Source: Bacteroidales bacterium
Lineage (GTDB): Bacteria; Bacteroidota; Bacteroidia; Bacteroidales; JAADJA01
Assembly: GCA_021740645.1 (NCBI GenBank)
Contig: JAIOZL010000029.1
Coordinates: forward strand, 1,725 to 65,724
Length of the DNA stretch: 64,000 bases
Reading direction: 5' to 3'
Below the pieces are notes generated by a model. It saw only the letters and a program-made list of their open reading frames with translations, was not told where the DNA came from and made no database searches. Made by a program: the position numbers and the translations under genes. This document shows, piece after piece, positions 19,443 through 29,695 of this stretch (positions are counted from its first letter, which is position 1; the number at the start of each line of letters is the position of its first letter).

Positions 19443-20042
19443 ATGTATTCGTATATTGAGGGAAAAATCGTTGAAAAAAATCCGGCATACGTTGTTTTGG
19501 ATTGTAATGGGATAGGATATATTTTTAACATCTCGTTGAATACTTTTTCAAAATTAAAGGATAAGGAAAGCTTCAAACTTTATTGTCACTTATCTATTAA
19601 AAATGAAGCTACTACTCCTGTAGGGTTTGTTATGTATGGCTTTGCGGATATAAATGAAAGAGAATTTTTCAGGCAACTGATATCCGTATCTGGGGTTGGG
19701 AGTAATACAGCGCTGCTTTTATTGTCCTCACTTTCTCCTGAAAAACTTTATAATGCCATTGTAGAAAATGATGCGGCAACATTGCAATCGGTAAAAGGAA
19801 TTGGAGCTAAATCAGCTCAGAGAATCATTATTGATTTAAAAGACAAATTAGGGAAGAATAATTTAAATGGTGAATTATTAGAACCTACATACAATACTAC
19901 TAAAGAAGAAGCGTTATCTGGTTTATCAGTGTTGGGATTTAATAAAAATGTGGCCGGCAAGGCGTTATCAAAAATTATTGAAAAAAGCGGTTCAGAATTA
20001 ACCGTCGAAGACTTAATTAAAGAAGCATTAAAAATATTATAA
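19443..20042 (+). CDS. ruvA: Holliday junction DNA helicase subunit RuvA
   Basis: Starts MYSYIEGKI. Helix-hairpin-helix region LISVSGVGSNTA ... VKGIGAKSAQRII. Confidence 0.9.
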   Translation: MYSYIEGKIVEKNPAYVVLDCNGIGYIFNISLNTFSKLKDKESFKLYCHLSIKNEATTPVGFVMYGFADINEREFFRQLISVSGVGSNTALLLLSSLSPEKLYNAIVENDAATLQSVKGIGAKSAQRIIIDLKDKLGKNNLNGELLEPTYNTTKEEALSGLSVLGFNKNVAGKALSKIIEKSGSELTVEDLIKEALKIL

Positions 20043-20127
20043 CTTTTATGTTTTTATCTACTTTGAAAATCCTTGTTAGTGCAAAACAAGTATTCAAAGT
20101 TTTTTACTTTTAGAAAAGACTATTTAT

Positions 20128-23100
20128 TTGGTGCGGCGTATTAGATACAGTTGTTTGTTGATATTGTTTTTGGGATTATCTGATTCGATGGTTATAGCGA
20201 ATACATGGCCAGGAATTATTTACACCGATAATCAGTATCAAACCAATAAGTTCCTGTATCCCCCTGATTCTACTATCGCGGGTGATACGGTAAAGTATCT
20301 GAACACCCCCTACCCCCTTGAAAAAGAAAACTTTCCCTATACAGGGAATGAAAATACAAATCCATTATTCTTAAAGATCCCATCCAGCATTGAATCTGAT
20401 GTGGAATATGATCCAGAAACAGGATTATACATTTTAAAACACAAAATGGGTGAGATGGAGTACCGCCCTCCTACCTATATGACCCTGGAGGAATACAGGC
20501 AGTACGAGCTGGAAAATTCTGTAGATGCCTACTGGAAAGAACGCTCGCAAGCCAGTGGTTCAGGTAGCCGAAGCGGGATTATTCCTCCGGTATATATTGG
20601 AGGAAAAGCTTTCGACAGGATATTTGGCGGGCATACCATTGATGTAAGGCCATCAGGTTCGGTAGAGCTCATTTTTCAGGTTTTGGGGAATTCCCGCGAC
20701 GACCCGCAGTTGGACGTAAAGCAACGCCGACAGGTAAACTTTGATTTCCAGGAAAAAATCCAAATGAATGTCATTGCAAAAATTGGCGATAAGATTGAAT
20801 TTAAAACCAATTATAATACAGAAGCCACTTTTGAATTTGAAAATAAACTAAACTTAAGGTACGAAGGCGAGGAAGATGAGATTCTTCAATTGCTTGAAGC
20901 GGGAGATGTAAATTTACCGCTGAATAGTAGTCTGATTACAGGAAGTCAGAGTCTTTTTGGCATAAAATCAAAACTTAAATTTGGCAGGGCTACGGTCACC
21001 ACGATATTTTCTGAACAAGAAAGTGAAACCTCAAACATTACTGTACAAGGAGGTGCCCAAACCAATGATTTCTTATTAGAGGCTCTGGATTATGAAGAAA
21101 ATAAACATTTCTTTTTATCCCATTATTTCCGTGAACATTATGAAGAAGGCCTGGCTAATCTACCCATTATTAGTTCTTCCATCAACATTACTAAACTTGA
21201 AGTTTGGGTAACAAATATTGGTGCCGCTGTTTCTGAAAACAGGAATATTGTTGCTTTCACTGATGTTGGAGAATATAATCGAATCAATAACAATGATATC
21301 ATTCCCAATTTTGGGTCTGAACTCCCTGACAATTCCAGTAATACCCTATTTAATATTGTTAAGGTTGATAAGATCAGAAACATCAATAACATCAACAATT
21401 ATATGCTGGAAATCCAATTCACTTCAGGTGAAGATTTTGAAAAAATTGAGTTGGCTCGAAAACTGGAAGCAAATGAATATACCTTTAATAATAAGCTTGG
21501 ATATATATCCTTAAACTCTACACTTAATTCGGACCAGGCACTGGCCGTAGCCTTTCAGTACCAGGTAATAGGTGCTGATACTGTTTTCCAGGTGGGTGAG
21601 TTTTCTGACGAAGGAATTACCGGACAGGATGCATTGGTAGTTAAATTACTTAAAAGTACCTATGTGAATATTCGGAACCCTCTTTGGGATTTGATGATGA
21701 AAAACGTCTACTCATTAAATGCTTACCAGGTTAACCGCGAAGATTTTACTTTAAATATATTATATTCAGGGGATGAATCTGGTGTACCAACCGGATATTT
21801 TGAGGAAGGCCCCTTTCAGGGCCAACCCCTTATCCAGGTATTTAACCTTGATAACTTAAACCAGCAATTAAATTCCCCTCCCGATGCTGTTTTTGATTTC
21901 ATTGATAATGCTGCTACACAAGGAGGTACGGTCAACTCACAAAACGGACGAATATTCTTTACCGTAGTGGAACCATTTGGAGAATACCTGCGCAAAAAAC
22001 TTGTTTTACAGGGATACGAAGAGCTGGCCAATAAATATTGTTACGACAGTCTTTATACCTTAACCAAGACTGGGGCCGAGCAATTTGCAGAAAAAAATAA
22101 ATTCCTGATTTCAGGTTATTACAAATCCCAATCAGGCTCAGAAATAAGCCTGAATGCACTTAATGTGCCTCAGGGCTCTGTTAAGGTTATGGCAGGTGGG
22201 GTTCAGCTCACCGAAAATGTAGATTATACGGTTGATTATACCTTAGGAAGAGTAAAAATCATTAATGAAGGTATCCTGAATTCCGGAACACCCATCAACA
22301 TTTCAATGGAAAGTAATACCCTTTTCAGTATTCAAACCAAACGTTTAATGGGAACCCACATCGACTATGACATCAGCCGCGATTTTCATATCGGGGGTAC
22401 TATTTTAAACCTGCACGAAAGGCCACTCACACAGAAGGTAAATTACGGGGATGACCCCATTTCCAATACGATATGGGGCCTTGACTATTCCTACCAAACG
22501 GAATCGAGATTAATTACCAAACTGGTAGATAAACTCCCTTTTATAAGTACCTCAGCTGCCTCTAATGTAGCCTTTGATGGCGAATTTGCCCATTTTATTC
22601 CGGGGCACTCCAGAGCTGTTGGTAAAGAAGGAGTTTCCTATATAGATGATTTTGAAGGAACAAAATCAACCATTTCTTTGTTGTATTCGAACAGTTGGTT
22701 TTTAGCCAGTGTGCCGCAATTTCAGCAGGATTTATTCCCGGAAGCGATCAATAATAGTGGACTGAGTAAAAATTACAACAGGGCTTTAACTACCTGGTAT
22801 ACAATAGACCCTTCCGTTTTCTACGATAGAAACAGCAGCCTCAGGCCGGATAATGTTACTCCAGATGAATTATCCAACAATTATGTACGGCAGGTATTAG
22901 AAGAAGAACTTTTCCCGAATAAGGATATTGAAGCTGGCACTCCCACCAATATCCCTATATTAAATGTGGCCTTTTATCCAACTGACCGCGGACCTTATAA
23001 TTATGATGTTAACGGAGTTGAAGGACATTCTGCAGGACTTAATCCGGATGGAACCTTAAACCAACCGGATACCCGATGGGGAGGAATGATGCGGCAAATT

Positions 23101-24432
23101 GAAACCCCCGACTTTGAGTCAGCTAATATTGAATATATTGAATTCTGGATGATGGATCCTTTTGCCGAAGGATCACCAAACAATGGCAGTGGCGGAGAAC
23201 TTTATATAAACCTGGGTGATGTGTCGGAAGACCTTTTACAGGATGGCAGGAAAAGTTATGAGCACGGACTGCCTATTTCAGCAAATTTTGATGAAAACGA
23301 AATAGATATCACTCCCTGGGGTATTGTACCTAATAAGTTAGACCTGGTCCAATCATTTTCCAACGAAGATGGATCACGACAATACCAGGATGTGGGATAT
23401 GATGGGTTAAGGGATGCCGCAGAGCGGGAATTTTTCTCCCAGAACAACCCCTATGAAGTTGAAACGGATGATTATATTGACCGATTACGTAATAATTTCG
23501 GAGAAACCTCAGGCGCTTACACCAAAGGTTTGGAAGACCCGTCAGCGGATAATTATCATCATTTTACCGGTGATGAGCTGTATGATGTGAATACGGCCTA
23601 TGGAAGCATTCTGAAAAAATATAAAAGGTATTCCGGACCCGATGGGAACTCTCCAGTTGGCGCCAATACCGGGGGGACCTATGACGGGAACACAACCTAC
23701 CCTAATGTGGAAGATTTGAATGAGGACAATACCCTGAATGAAGGCGAAAGATATTACCAGTACAGGATTGTTTTAAATCCCAACAAAATGAATGTCGGCG
23801 AAAACTATATTGCAGATGTTCGTGAAGCGAAAGGCATCCCCCTGGCAAACGGTGAAACCGGATCGGTGAATTGGTATCAGTTTAAAATCCCTGTACGAAC
23901 TCCGGATAAAGTCATTGGTAGTATTTCTGACTTCAAATCCATACGGTTCATGCGTGTATTTATGCGCGATTTTGAACAACCGGTTGTCCTGCGTTTTGCC
24001 ACCATTGACCTGGTAAGAGGTGAATGGAGAAGGTTTCCAATTAGTGAAGATGGTTTAGCATCAGGTGAATATCCTCCCAATAGTACCAATAATAATGCAA
24101 CATTCGACATTTCAGCTGTAAATACTGATGAAAACAACTTACGTACTCCAATTCCATATGTGGAACCCCCTGGAATCGACAGGGAAGTAAACATTGGAAC
24201 CACCAGTTTAACTCGTCAGAAAGAGCAGTCTATGGTACTGAAAGTAACTGACCTCCCTGATGGTACTTTTGCAGCAGCTTATAAAACAGCTGACTTTGAT
24301 TTCCGGCAATTTAAGCAAGTAAGGATGTTCGTACATGCGGAAGAAGTGAACCAGAATGACCAGCTCAAATACGGCGATCTAACCGTTTTTATAAGAATAG
24401 GATCCGACTTTACACAAAACTATTATGAATAG
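20128..24432 (+). CDS. sprA: T9SS translocon SprA, N-terminal 1434 codons, ending at an internal in-frame TAG
   Basis: The size and composition of the combined 2450-codon frame fit SprA/Sov. This ORF and the next are in the same frame, separated only by the TAG at 24430-24432. Confidence 0.8.
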   Translation: MVRRIRYSCLLILFLGLSDSMVIANTWPGIIYTDNQYQTNKFLYPPDSTIAGDTVKYLNTPYPLEKENFPYTGNENTNPLFLKIPSSIESDVEYDPETGLYILKHKMGEMEYRPPTYMTLEEYRQYELENSVDAYWKERSQASGSGSRSGIIPPVYIGGKAFDRIFGGHTIDVRPSGSVELIFQVLGNSRDDPQLDVKQRRQVNFDFQEKIQMNVIAKIGDKIEFKTNYNTEATFEFENKLNLRYEGEEDEILQLLEAGDVNLPLNSSLITGSQSLFGIKSKLKFGRATVTTIFSEQESETSNITVQGGAQTNDFLLEALDYEENKHFFLSHYFREHYEEGLANLPIISSSINITKLEVWVTNIGAAVSENRNIVAFTDVGEYNRINNNDIIPNFGSELPDNSSNTLFNIVKVDKIRNINNINNYMLEIQFTSGEDFEKIELARKLEANEYTFNNKLGYISLNSTLNSDQALAVAFQYQVIGADTVFQVGEFSDEGITGQDALVVKLLKSTYVNIRNPLWDLMMKNVYSLNAYQVNREDFTLNILYSGDESGVPTGYFEEGPFQGQPLIQVFNLDNLNQQLNSPPDAVFDFIDNAATQGGTVNSQNGRIFFTVVEPFGEYLRKKLVLQGYEELANKYCYDSLYTLTKTGAEQFAEKNKFLISGYYKSQSGSEISLNALNVPQGSVKVMAGGVQLTENVDYTVDYTLGRVKIINEGILNSGTPINISMESNTLFSIQTKRLMGTHIDYDISRDFHIGGTILNLHERPLTQKVNYGDDPISNTIWGLDYSYQTESRLITKLVDKLPFISTSAASNVAFDGEFAHFIPGHSRAVGKEGVSYIDDFEGTKSTISLLYSNSWFLASVPQFQQDLFPEAINNSGLSKNYNRALTTWYTIDPSVFYDRNSSLRPDNVTPDELSNNYVRQVLEEELFPNKDIEAGTPTNIPILNVAFYPTDRGPYNYDVNGVEGHSAGLNPDGTLNQPDTRWGGMMRQIETPDFESANIEYIEFWMMDPFAEGSPNNGSGGELYINLGDVSEDLLQDGRKSYEHGLPISANFDENEIDITPWGIVPNKLDLVQSFSNEDGSRQYQDVGYDGLRDAAEREFFSQNNPYEVETDDYIDRLRNNFGETSGAYTKGLEDPSADNYHHFTGDELYDVNTAYGSILKKYKRYSGPDGNSPVGANTGGTYDGNTTYPNVEDLNEDNTLNEGERYYQYRIVLNPNKMNVGENYIADVREAKGIPLANGETGSVNWYQFKIPVRTPDKVIGSISDFKSIRFMRVFMRDFEQPVVLRFATIDLVRGEWRRFPISEDGLASGEYPPNSTNNNATFDISAVNTDENNLRTPIPYVEPPGIDREVNIGTTSLTRQKEQSMVLKVTDLPDGTFAAAYKTADFDFRQFKQVRMFVHAEEVNQNDQLKYGDLTVFIRIGSDFTQNYYE

Positions 24433-27400
24433 GAGGTACCGCTGACATTTACTCCCTGGGGAACGGGAAACAAACACGCGATTTGGCCGGAATCCAATGA
24501 AATCAACATCGATCTGGCACGATTGACAGAATTTAAAATGCAACGTAATGTGGATATGCGTAATGGAAACCCAAATGTTTCCCTTAATTTTCCTTATACT
24601 GTGCAGGATGGAAAAAATAAAGTAACTGTAATTGGTTCGCCTACAATTAGTGATGTAAAGTCGATGATGATCGGGATCAGAAATCCAAAGAAAACAGCAG
24701 CCACACCCGACGACGACGAACAACCAAAAAGTGCTGAAATTTGGGTGAATGAACTTAGGTTGACCAACTTTAATAAACAAAGCGGATGGGCCACCACCGG
24801 AAGGTTATCCATGAACCTGGCGGATTTGGGGAATCTTGCTGTCAGCGGTAGTTATTCCTCCCCCTGGTTTTCATCCATTGATAAAAAAATTACTGAAATT
24901 CCTCTCGAAGGCCATTCACAATTTGATATTGCCACAAATATTGAATTAGGTAAATTTTTTGGTGAAAAGAGTGGGATCCGGCTTCCTATGCACTTTGATT
25001 ATTCTGAAGCCCGCATAAAACCAAAGTTCAACCCTCTTGATCCTGACCTAGAGCTTGATGCCGTGCTTAATTCCTATGACGATCCACTTGCACAGGATTC
25101 TATAAAAGCGCTTACCATTGATTATACCCAACGAAAGAACATCAATTTCATGAACGTTCGAAAAGACAGGGTTAATTCAAAATCAAAACCTAAAATTTAC
25201 GATATAGAGAACTTTAATATGTCCTACTCCTATGCTGAAATATACCATCGCAACGTGGATATTGAAGCAGAAAAAGAAAGAAACTATATGGGAGGAATTG
25301 GATATTCATTTAACAACAGCCCAAAAAATGTCAAACCTTTTGAGAAAATTGGTTTTATTGCCAATTCAAAAGCACTCTTGTTACTAAAAGATTTTAATTT
25401 CTTCTTCTTGCCAAAAATGTTCACATTCAGGACCGATATGAACAGGATGATCAGCGAAAGAAAACTGCGAAATAAAAGTTTTGGCAATGTGGTTACTTTT
25501 CCATTGACCGATAAAACATGGAACTGGAACCGAATGTATGACCTTAAATTCGACCTTACCTCTTCACTTACCTTAAGTTATACTGCCAATGCATCAAGCT
25601 TTATAAATGAATTACCGGGGCCAAACAACAAAGTTTGGGATGGAAAATTTTACGGACTCGATTCCTTATATTATTCCCCTGAAGATAAAAGGAACAGGGT
25701 AAATGAAGAACTGCGTGCAGGTGGTACAAAAACCAGGTTTACCCAAAATGTGAATTTAAATTATAATATTCCTATTAACAAGTTCCCGTTGCTTGACTGG
25801 GTAACTGCAACTACAGGTTATCAGGTAGCCTATAACTGGAATGCCTCACCGGTTTCTGTCCAGGAAGAACTGGGTAATACAATTGCCAATAATGTAAACT
25901 GGAACATTAACGGTAATGCTGATTTGGCAAAACTTTACAATAAAGTGGATTATCTTAAAAATTTAAACAAACCTCCAAAAAAGAATAATAGCCGAAATTC
26001 GAAAAACGTAAAAAAAGAAACAGGGACACAACCTGCTGATTCTACCAAAACAAAACCCAGTGTGAACTATGGTAAAATTGCCATGGAAACGGTTGTACGC
26101 TTATTAATGAGTGTTAAAAAAGTAAGCTTTCAATATTCAATAAACAAAGGTACTACCCTACCCGGATTCATGCCAAAACCTCAATCATTTGGTAACAATT
26201 GGAGTACGAATGCCCCGGGTTTTGAATATATTTTTGGTTTTCAACCCGAATCTCCTCAATATTTTAACAGGGAAGGATGGCTTACGCAGAGTACTAGTTT
26301 AAATACGGCTTTTAACCAGATGGCCAATGAAAATATGAATATCAGGGTTACTCTGGAACCTCTACCTGATCTGAAAGTAGAGATTACCGCGGATCGCTCA
26401 TTTTCTAATAATGTACAATCCTATTTTGTGTACAACGATGATGAAGATGTTCAGGCATTTGTCGAAAACAGCAGGATGCAAACAGGATCCTTTACGATGT
26501 CATACATTACATGGGGAACAGCTTTTGGAGGGTCACTGGGCAATGAAAAATCGCAATATTTTGAAAATCTCAAAGAATACAGGGAATCGGTTGCTCTCAG
26601 ATTAGCTTCAGAAGATCCAAGGGACATTGCAATAAACGATACCACCGGGTTTCCCGAAGGATATGGACCTACATCGCAATATGTTCTTTTGCCCGCCTTC
26701 ATTGCTGCATATTCAGGGAAAGACCCGGCTAGTGTAAACTTAAATCCATTTCCTAAAATTCCTCTGCCCAACTGGAGGATTTCCTATAACGGCCTCTCAA
26801 AAATTCCTGCATTAAAAGCTATCTTTAAATCCTTTACCTTAAACCATGTCTACAGGTCGAGCTATTCCATAGGATCTTATTCCAGTAATGTTAAATTTAT
26901 TGGTGACACCATTGATGGCCAAGTTTATCCTGCATTAACAAATTTAAATGCCAAGGGTGATTTCTTCCCGATTTATGAAATGGGCGTAATCTCAATCAAT
27001 GAACAATTCAGCCCTTTGATCAATTTTGACATGACGCTTCAAAACAGCATGTTGGCTAAACTTGAAATGAAACGTTCACGAACATTAACCATGAGTTTTG
27101 CCAACAACCAGCTAACTGAAGTTACTGGCAATGAATTTATTATTGGAACTGGTTATCGATTCAAAGATGTTCCATTAACCTTTTCAGGTATGGGTGGTGG
27201 TGGAAAGCGAACCTTCAAAAGCGACCTGAACCTTAAGGCTGATTTTTCTGTGCGAGAGAATAAAACCGTACTTCGAAGTATTGATACTGAACTCAATCAG
27301 GTATCTGCGGGCCAGAAAGTCGTTTCGATCGACACTTCTGTTGATTACATGTTTTCGCAAACGCTTTCAGTGAAAGTATTTTTTAATAAAATTATCAATA

Positions 27401-27477
27401 ATCCATACCTGCCCAGCCAATATAGAAACTCCACTACTAAGGGAGGCTTTAGCCTGAGATTCTCGCTTGCTCAATAG
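24433..27477 (+). CDS. sprA: SprA, C-terminal 1014 codons (the frame continues directly after the TAG; the first ATG is at 24523)
   Basis: The 90 nt between the TAG and the ORF-track start read EVPLTFTPWGTGNKHAIWPESNEINIDLARLTEFK in frame. The C-terminal beta-barrel-like sequence ends ...GGFSLRFSLAQ. Confidence 0.8.
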   Translation, partial: EVPLTFTPWGTGNKHAIWPESNEINIDLARLTEFKMQRNVDMRNGNPNVSLNFPYTVQDGKNKVTVIGSPTISDVKSMMIGIRNPKKTAATPDDDEQPKSAEIWVNELRLTNFNKQSGWATTGRLSMNLADLGNLAVSGSYSSPWFSSIDKKITEIPLEGHSQFDIATNIELGKFFGEKSGIRLPMHFDYSEARIKPKFNPLDPDLELDAVLNSYDDPLAQDSIKALTIDYTQRKNINFMNVRKDRVNSKSKPKIYDIENFNMSYSYAEIYHRNVDIEAEKERNYMGGIGYSFNNSPKNVKPFEKIGFIANSKALLLLKDFNFFFLPKMFTFRTDMNRMISERKLRNKSFGNVVTFPLTDKTWNWNRMYDLKFDLTSSLTLSYTANASSFINELPGPNNKVWDGKFYGLDSLYYSPEDKRNRVNEELRAGGTKTRFTQNVNLNYNIPINKFPLLDWVTATTGYQVAYNWNASPVSVQEELGNTIANNVNWNINGNADLAKLYNKVDYLKNLNKPPKKNNSRNSKNVKKETGTQPADSTKTKPSVNYGKIAMETVVRLLMSVKKVSFQYSINKGTTLPGFMPKPQSFGNNWSTNAPGFEYIFGFQPESPQYFNREGWLTQSTSLNTAFNQMANENMNIRVTLEPLPDLKVEITADRSFSNNVQSYFVYNDDEDVQAFVENSRMQTGSFTMSYITWGTAFGGSLGNEKSQYFENLKEYRESVALRLASEDPRDIAINDTTGFPEGYGPTSQYVLLPAFIAAYSGKDPASVNLNPFPKIPLPNWRISYNGLSKIPALKAIFKSFTLNHVYRSSYSIGSYSSNVKFIGDTIDGQVYPALTNLNAKGDFFPIYEMGVISINEQFSPLINFDMTLQNSMLAKLEMKRSRTLTMSFANNQLTEVTGNEFIIGTGYRFKDVPLTFSGMGGGGKRTFKSDLNLKADFSVRENKTVLRSIDTELNQVSAGQKVVSIDTSVDYMFSQTLSVKVFFNKIINNPYLPSQYRNSTTKGGFSLRFSLAQ

Positions 27478-27557
27478 TTTTTTTCTACCTGAAAAAATGT
27501 TAGCAAATCCAATTAAAGTTTTCTGTATTTCCATTGTTATTTCAGTTTAGATTTTAT

Positions 27558-27565
27558 TATTTTTG
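27558..27565 (+). promoter_or_regulatory. Candidate -7 promoter element (TATTTTTG) for gcvH
   Basis: Matches TAnnTTTG, 26 nt upstream of the ATG. Confidence 0.35.
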
Positions 27566-27591
27566 GTTCGTTAAATAAATAACAGAAATAT

Positions 27592-27972
27592 ATGAATATC
27601 CCGGAAAATTTATTGTATACAAAGGACCATGAATGGGTCCGCATTGAAGGCGAGTTTGCCTTTGTTGGAATTACTGATTTTGCACAAAAAGAACTGGGTG
27701 ATATCGTTTTCATTGAAGTAGATTCAGTGGACGAAACACTTTCAAAAGAAGAGACTTTTGGAACCATTGAAGCGGTAAAAACAGTTTCTGACCTTTTTAT
27801 GCCTATTGGTGGTTTAATCATCGAGTTTAATGAAGAACTGGAATCTGCTCCTGAAACCATCAACTCCGATCCTTATGATAAAGGATGGATTATTAAACTG
27901 AAGGTCGCAAATGAAGCAGAATTGAAAGACTTATATGATGCAAGGGAGTATGGTGAGATGATTAATTCTTAA
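27592..27972 (+). CDS. gcvH: Glycine cleavage system protein H
   Basis: 126 aa with the lipoyl-lysine motif ([11 protein letters not shown]). Confidence 0.95.
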   Translation: MNIPENLLYTKDHEWVRIEGEFAFVGITDFAQKELGDIVFIEVDSVDETLSKEETFGTIEAVKTVSDLFMPIGGLIIEFNEELESAPETINSDPYDKGWIIKLKVANEAELKDLYDAREYGEMINS

Positions 27973-28098
27973 TTTGGAATTTAGATACCAAGTAAGTTCT
28001 ATAAAAAAATAAAACCAAGGATTGCGCGTTTAATACCTTAGAGTTGAATTTGAATCCATTATTTTTTATATATTCGCACACTGAAATATACTTGAAAA

Positions 28099-28776
28099 AT
28101 GAAAGATAAAAGAAAATCGGCAAAAGCTGACCTGGAAAGCAGAAAAACACTGTTTATTGAAATAGGTCTCATCATTGCCCTGGCTGCTGTACTTCTTGCT
28201 TTTGAGTGGAAAAGTTATGAAAAACAGGAGCTAGACCTTTCATCCAGGGCTGTGGATGATACTCCTGAAGAAATGATTGAAATTACCCAGCATGAAAAAC
28301 CTCCACCACCTCCAAAACCACCTCAGCAAACTACAGTAATAGAAATTGTAGAGGATGAAATGGAAATTGAGGATGATATTGAGATTGATGTGGAAGCTGA
28401 TCAGGAAACTGAGGTTCAGGAATATATTCCAGTTGAGGCAGAGGAAGAGCAGGAAGAGGCCCAGATCTTTACTGTGGTTGAATCCATGCCTGGATTTCCC
28501 GGAGGGGATGAAGCACGTATGAAATACCTTTATGACAATATTGAATACCCCCAAATGGCCCGTGAAAGTGGTATACAAGGAAGGGTATTTGTAACCTTCG
28601 TTGTTGAGCGTGATGGACATATTACAGATGTAAGAGTCCTCAGGGGAATAGGTGGAGGTTGCGATGAAGAAGCCATAAGGGTAATTAAAAACATGCCGAA
28701 TTGGGTTCCTGGAAAACAGAGAGGAAAGCCAGTAAGGGTTCAGTTTAATATGCCTATTCTATTTAAATTAAATTAG
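28099..28776 (+). CDS. tonB: Energy transducer TonB
   Basis: TM anchor, a Pro-rich stretch (KPPPPPKPPQ), an acidic linker and a C-terminal TonB domain (GIQGRVFVTFVVERDGHITDVRVLRG). Confidence 0.85.
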   Translation: MKDKRKSAKADLESRKTLFIEIGLIIALAAVLLAFEWKSYEKQELDLSSRAVDDTPEEMIEITQHEKPPPPPKPPQQTTVIEIVEDEMEIEDDIEIDVEADQETEVQEYIPVEAEEEQEEAQIFTVVESMPGFPGGDEARMKYLYDNIEYPQMARESGIQGRVFVTFVVERDGHITDVRVLRGIGGGCDEEAIRVIKNMPNWVPGKQRGKPVRVQFNMPILFKLN

Positions 28777-28797
28777 ACATAAAGAGTTTATACTTAC

Positions 28798-28825
28798 AAA
28801 GCGGCTTACATGCCGCTTTTTTTTT
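28798..28825 (+). terminator. Rho-independent terminator after tonB
   Basis: The stem is aaagcggc-ttacat-gccgcttt, followed by a T-run. Confidence 0.7.
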
Positions 28826-28850
28826 GAATTTTTCAGTAATACCTGAACGA

Positions 28851-29633
28851 TTATTTTTCGACTTCTAATTTTCCCATTGAATATTTTTCCCTGGAAGTGA
28901 TTATATTATTTGTATCCCAGGTAGTAAAAACGCCATCCTTTTTCCCTTCCTCCCAATTCCCTTCTTTCTTTTTATTACCTAAGGGGTAATAAGATATTAT
29001 TTCACCGTGGGGGTAACCATCCTTCCAGTTTTCAACTGATTCTAATTGGCCATTTTCATAATACCATTCCCATCTACCAGTTTGAAGACCACCCACAAAA
29101 TTCCCTTTACTTTTAATATTTTCATTTTCGAAGTACTTTACCTCTGGTCCGTCTTGCTTACCCTCCTTCCACGAAATTTCAGAATGCTTTTTCCCGTTTT
29201 TATACCAGCTTTGCCATATTCCGGTTTGATTATCCTCTTTCCAAACTCCGAGGTATTCAAGCTGACCATCATCATAGTAATATTCCCATTTCCCGGTTTT
29301 TAAGCCGTTATCAAATTCCCCAATGATATATTTTGCACCTGAATCGTGAAACATATTCCATTTTCCCTGCCGTTGGCCTTCTTTATATTTCCCTTTCGAT
29401 TTGACTATGCCAGATTGAAAATATTCAACATAATCGCCGTTTAGAACCCCCTTTTCAAAATGCATCTCCGTTTGCTTTTCGCCATTTGCAAATAATTTGA
29501 CGCTTGGCCCGGAAAAAAGCTTATTATCTTTATAAGCTGTATCTTGTTCAATCTTAAGTTGTGAATAATCAATTGATTGATTACATGCAATAAAAATAAT
29601 CGGTAGCATAAATATTAAATATCTTTTATCCAT
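28851..29633 (-). CDS. MORN-repeat (YwqK-type) lipoprotein
   Basis: About 10 tandem G.W..YY.NGQL/K.G.F..G-type repeats. The ATG at 29633 (MDKRYLIFMLPIIFIACNQ lipobox) is preferred over 29690, and a -7 motif lies at 29660-29667. Confidence 0.7.
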   Translation of the reverse strand: MDKRYLIFMLPIIFIACNQSIDYSQLKIEQDTAYKDNKLFSGPSVKLFANGEKQTEMHFEKGVLNGDYVEYFQSGIVKSKGKYKEGQRQGKWNMFHDSGAKYIIGEFDNGLKTGKWEYYYDDGQLEYLGVWKEDNQTGIWQSWYKNGKKHSEISWKEGKQDGPEVKYFENENIKSKGNFVGGLQTGRWEWYYENGQLESVENWKDGYPHGEIISYYPLGNKKKEGNWEEGKKDGVFTTWDTNNIITSREKYSMGKLEVEK

Positions 29634-29659
29634 AGACAGGGAGTTTTGAATATTGAGGA

Positions 29660-29667
29660 CAAATATA
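29660..29667 (-). promoter_or_regulatory. Candidate -7 promoter element (TATATTTG on the minus strand)
   Basis: Matches TAnnTTTG, 27 nt upstream of the ATG at 29633. Confidence 0.35.
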
Positions 29668-29695
29668 CAAATCAGGACAATATCAGTCACAAACC

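Noticed and set aside
24431-24436. An AGGAGG Shine-Dalgarno-like string directly at the sprA amber codon, considered as a possible re-initiation signal.
   Set aside because: The string is a by-product of the codons (TAG)-GAG-GTA, which encode the conserved E-V residues. No in-frame ATG or GTG lies at a suitable distance, and Bacteroidota rarely use SD sequences.
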